From positions 1 through 28,744 of the forward strand of contig CAVVEU010000012.1 in NCBI GenBank assembly GCA_963747235.1: a stretch of DNA of 28,744 nt, written 5' to 3'. Both the position numbers and the translations under genes were made by a program. The stretch's first letter is position 1, and every line of letters begins with the position of its first letter. The DNA is from an uncultured Candidatus Rokubacteria bacterium (GTDB lineage: Bacteria > Methylomirabilota > Methylomirabilia > Rokubacteriales > CSP1-6). The notes below the pieces were generated by a model. That model was not told the origin of the DNA. It did not search any database and worked only from the letters and a program-made list of their open reading frames with translations. Shown one piece after another: positions 27,644 through 28,744 of this stretch.

Positions 27644-28297
27644 CTACCCGTGCAGCAGCACATTGAGGAGGGAGCTGTGGATGTGCAGGCCGCCGTTGTA
27701 CTCGATGAACCCCAGCTTCCTGAACTTGTTCATGAATCCGCTGATCCGCGGCCTGGTCGTCCCGACCATTTCCGCCAGGACTTCCTGGCTGATCTTCGGA
27801 ATGACCGGCTCGGTCTTCCCCTCCTTGCCGAAGCGGGCCAGCACCAGCAGCACTCGCGCCAGCCGCTTCTCGCTCGAGTTGAAGAGCTGATCCACCAGGT
27901 CTTCCTCGAAGCGCACGTTGCGGGCCAGCAGGTGGGCCATGAAGCGCTCGGAGAACACTGAGGGCTCGTGGAGCAGCCCGACCATGGACTGCCGCTCGAC
28001 GCGCACGACCGAGACCTCGGACATCGCCGACGCGGTAGCCATCCGGGCGGGCTGGCCGGCGAGACACCCTTCGCCGAAGAAGTCACCGGGCCCGAGCATG
28101 GCGACGACCGCCGACTTGCCCCGCTCGGAGACCACGGTCAGCTTGACCTGGCCCTTTTCGACATAGAACACGGCGTCCGCGATGTCACCTTGGGCGAAGA
28201 TCACTTGCTTCTTGCGGTAGGGGGAGACCGATCGTCCCGTGCCGATCTTCGTGAGGAATGTCCTCGCGTCGAATCCCGCAGGCTGCTTGCGTCCCAT
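27644..28297 (-). CDS. Crp/Fnr-family transcriptional regulator (217 aa)
   Basis: cNMP-binding fold IFAQGD...GQVKL...GDFFGE...RMATA; dimerisation helix EKRLARVLL; HTH ISQEVLAEMVGTTRPRIS. No Fnr-type Cys cluster. Confidence 0.95.
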   Translation of the reverse strand: MGRKQPAGFDARTFLTKIGTGRSVSPYRKKQVIFAQGDIADAVFYVEKGQVKLTVVSERGKSAVVAMLGPGDFFGEGCLAGQPARMATASAMSEVSVVRVERQSMVGLLHEPSVFSERFMAHLLARNVRFEEDLVDQLFNSSEKRLARVLLVLARFGKEGKTEPVIPKISQEVLAEMVGTTRPRISGFMNKFRKLGFIEYNGGLHIHSSLLNVLLHG

Positions 28298-28390
28298 TCG
28301 CAGCCCTCCATCGAATCCGGGTCGCTCACTGCTCGGCTGCTCACATCGCAGGGTTCGTATTCATTGATACGCCTTTCGTCCCATGAAGTC

Positions 28391-28430
28391 TGTCCCGCTT
28401 TGAACATAGGTATGTGTCTCTAATCGCACA
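28391..28430. promoter_or_regulatory. Two tandem candidate Crp-family sites between the divergent Crp-family and YtxH-like genes
   Basis: TGTCC-CGCTTT-GAACA (28391-28406) and the more degenerate TGTCT-CTAATC-GCACA (28415-28430). Confidence 0.6.
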
Positions 28431-28523
28431 GCATTCGGCGCCGGATGGGACCAACGTCCACTAGGCCGTCTTTTCCTCGCTTGGTAGCGTGATGGAGCAG
28501 CGCACCGACAACGGAGGACACAC

Positions 28524-28744
28524 ATGCTTGGATTCATCGCGGGAGCGATCGCGGGCGGCGTGGCGGTCTGGGTCTGGGGCGACGACCTGCGCGCCGCCGC
28601 GACCGAGAAGACGCGCGGCGTGAGGAGCAGGACCGCCGACCAGATCCAGGGCGTCCAGCGGGTCCTGGGACGGATCACCTCGACTCTGCAGCATGGGCAG
28701 GACGCGATCCGCCCGTCCAGGCACGGTAACCGCGTCCGCCCGAT
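28524..28744 (+). CDS. Small membrane-anchored YtxH-like protein, 3' end runs off the window
   Basis: Not in the ORF track. GGAGGA RBS, ATG 28524; MLGFIAGAIAGGVAVWVWGDDLRAAATEKTRGVRSRTADQIQGVQRVLGRITSTLQHGQDAIRP..., open to the window end. Confidence 0.7.
   Translation, partial: MLGFIAGAIAGGVAVWVWGDDLRAAATEKTRGVRSRTADQIQGVQRVLGRITSTLQHGQDAIRPSRHGNRVRP

Overview
High-GC bacterial DNA (about 70% by eye). The gene style would fit a soil lineage such as Rokubacteria/Methylomirabilota, but that is a guess. From left to right: (1) a family-5 ABC importer (binding protein plus two permeases) with a perfect 23-bp hairpin after the binding-protein gene; (2) an envelope/stress block with a 26-aa membrane micropeptide, a triple-BON protein and two tandem lipoproteins joining a collagen Gly-X-Y rod to an OmpA-like domain, followed by two small unannotated ORFs and a decayed HPt fragment; (3) the main feature, a ~15.4-kb lipid biosynthesis locus. 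A FAAL-ACP-alpha-oxoamine synthase (SPT-like) fusion is divergent from a tightly coupled 12-gene operon: a bCerS-like GNAT N-acyltransferase, a CerR-like reductase, a GT-B head-group transferase candidate, an ABC-2 exporter and a dedicated type II FAS cassette (three KS, FabL, FabG, an extended ACP, a double hot-dog dehydratase). The best reading is a self-contained sphingolipid/ceramide-type pathway with its own acyl chain supply; this is inferred, not demonstrated. (4) A regulatory block with a GAF-GAF kinase in frame with a FixJ-like regulator, a hybrid kinase, a Crp-family regulator and a partial YtxH-like ORF. A Crp-type palindrome (TGTYY-N6-RRACA) recurs in four intergenic regions, including the divergent promoter region of the lipid locus. 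Two genes carry +1 frameshifts in short homopolymers that may be sequencing errors. All calls come from motif recognition by eye; no searches were run.
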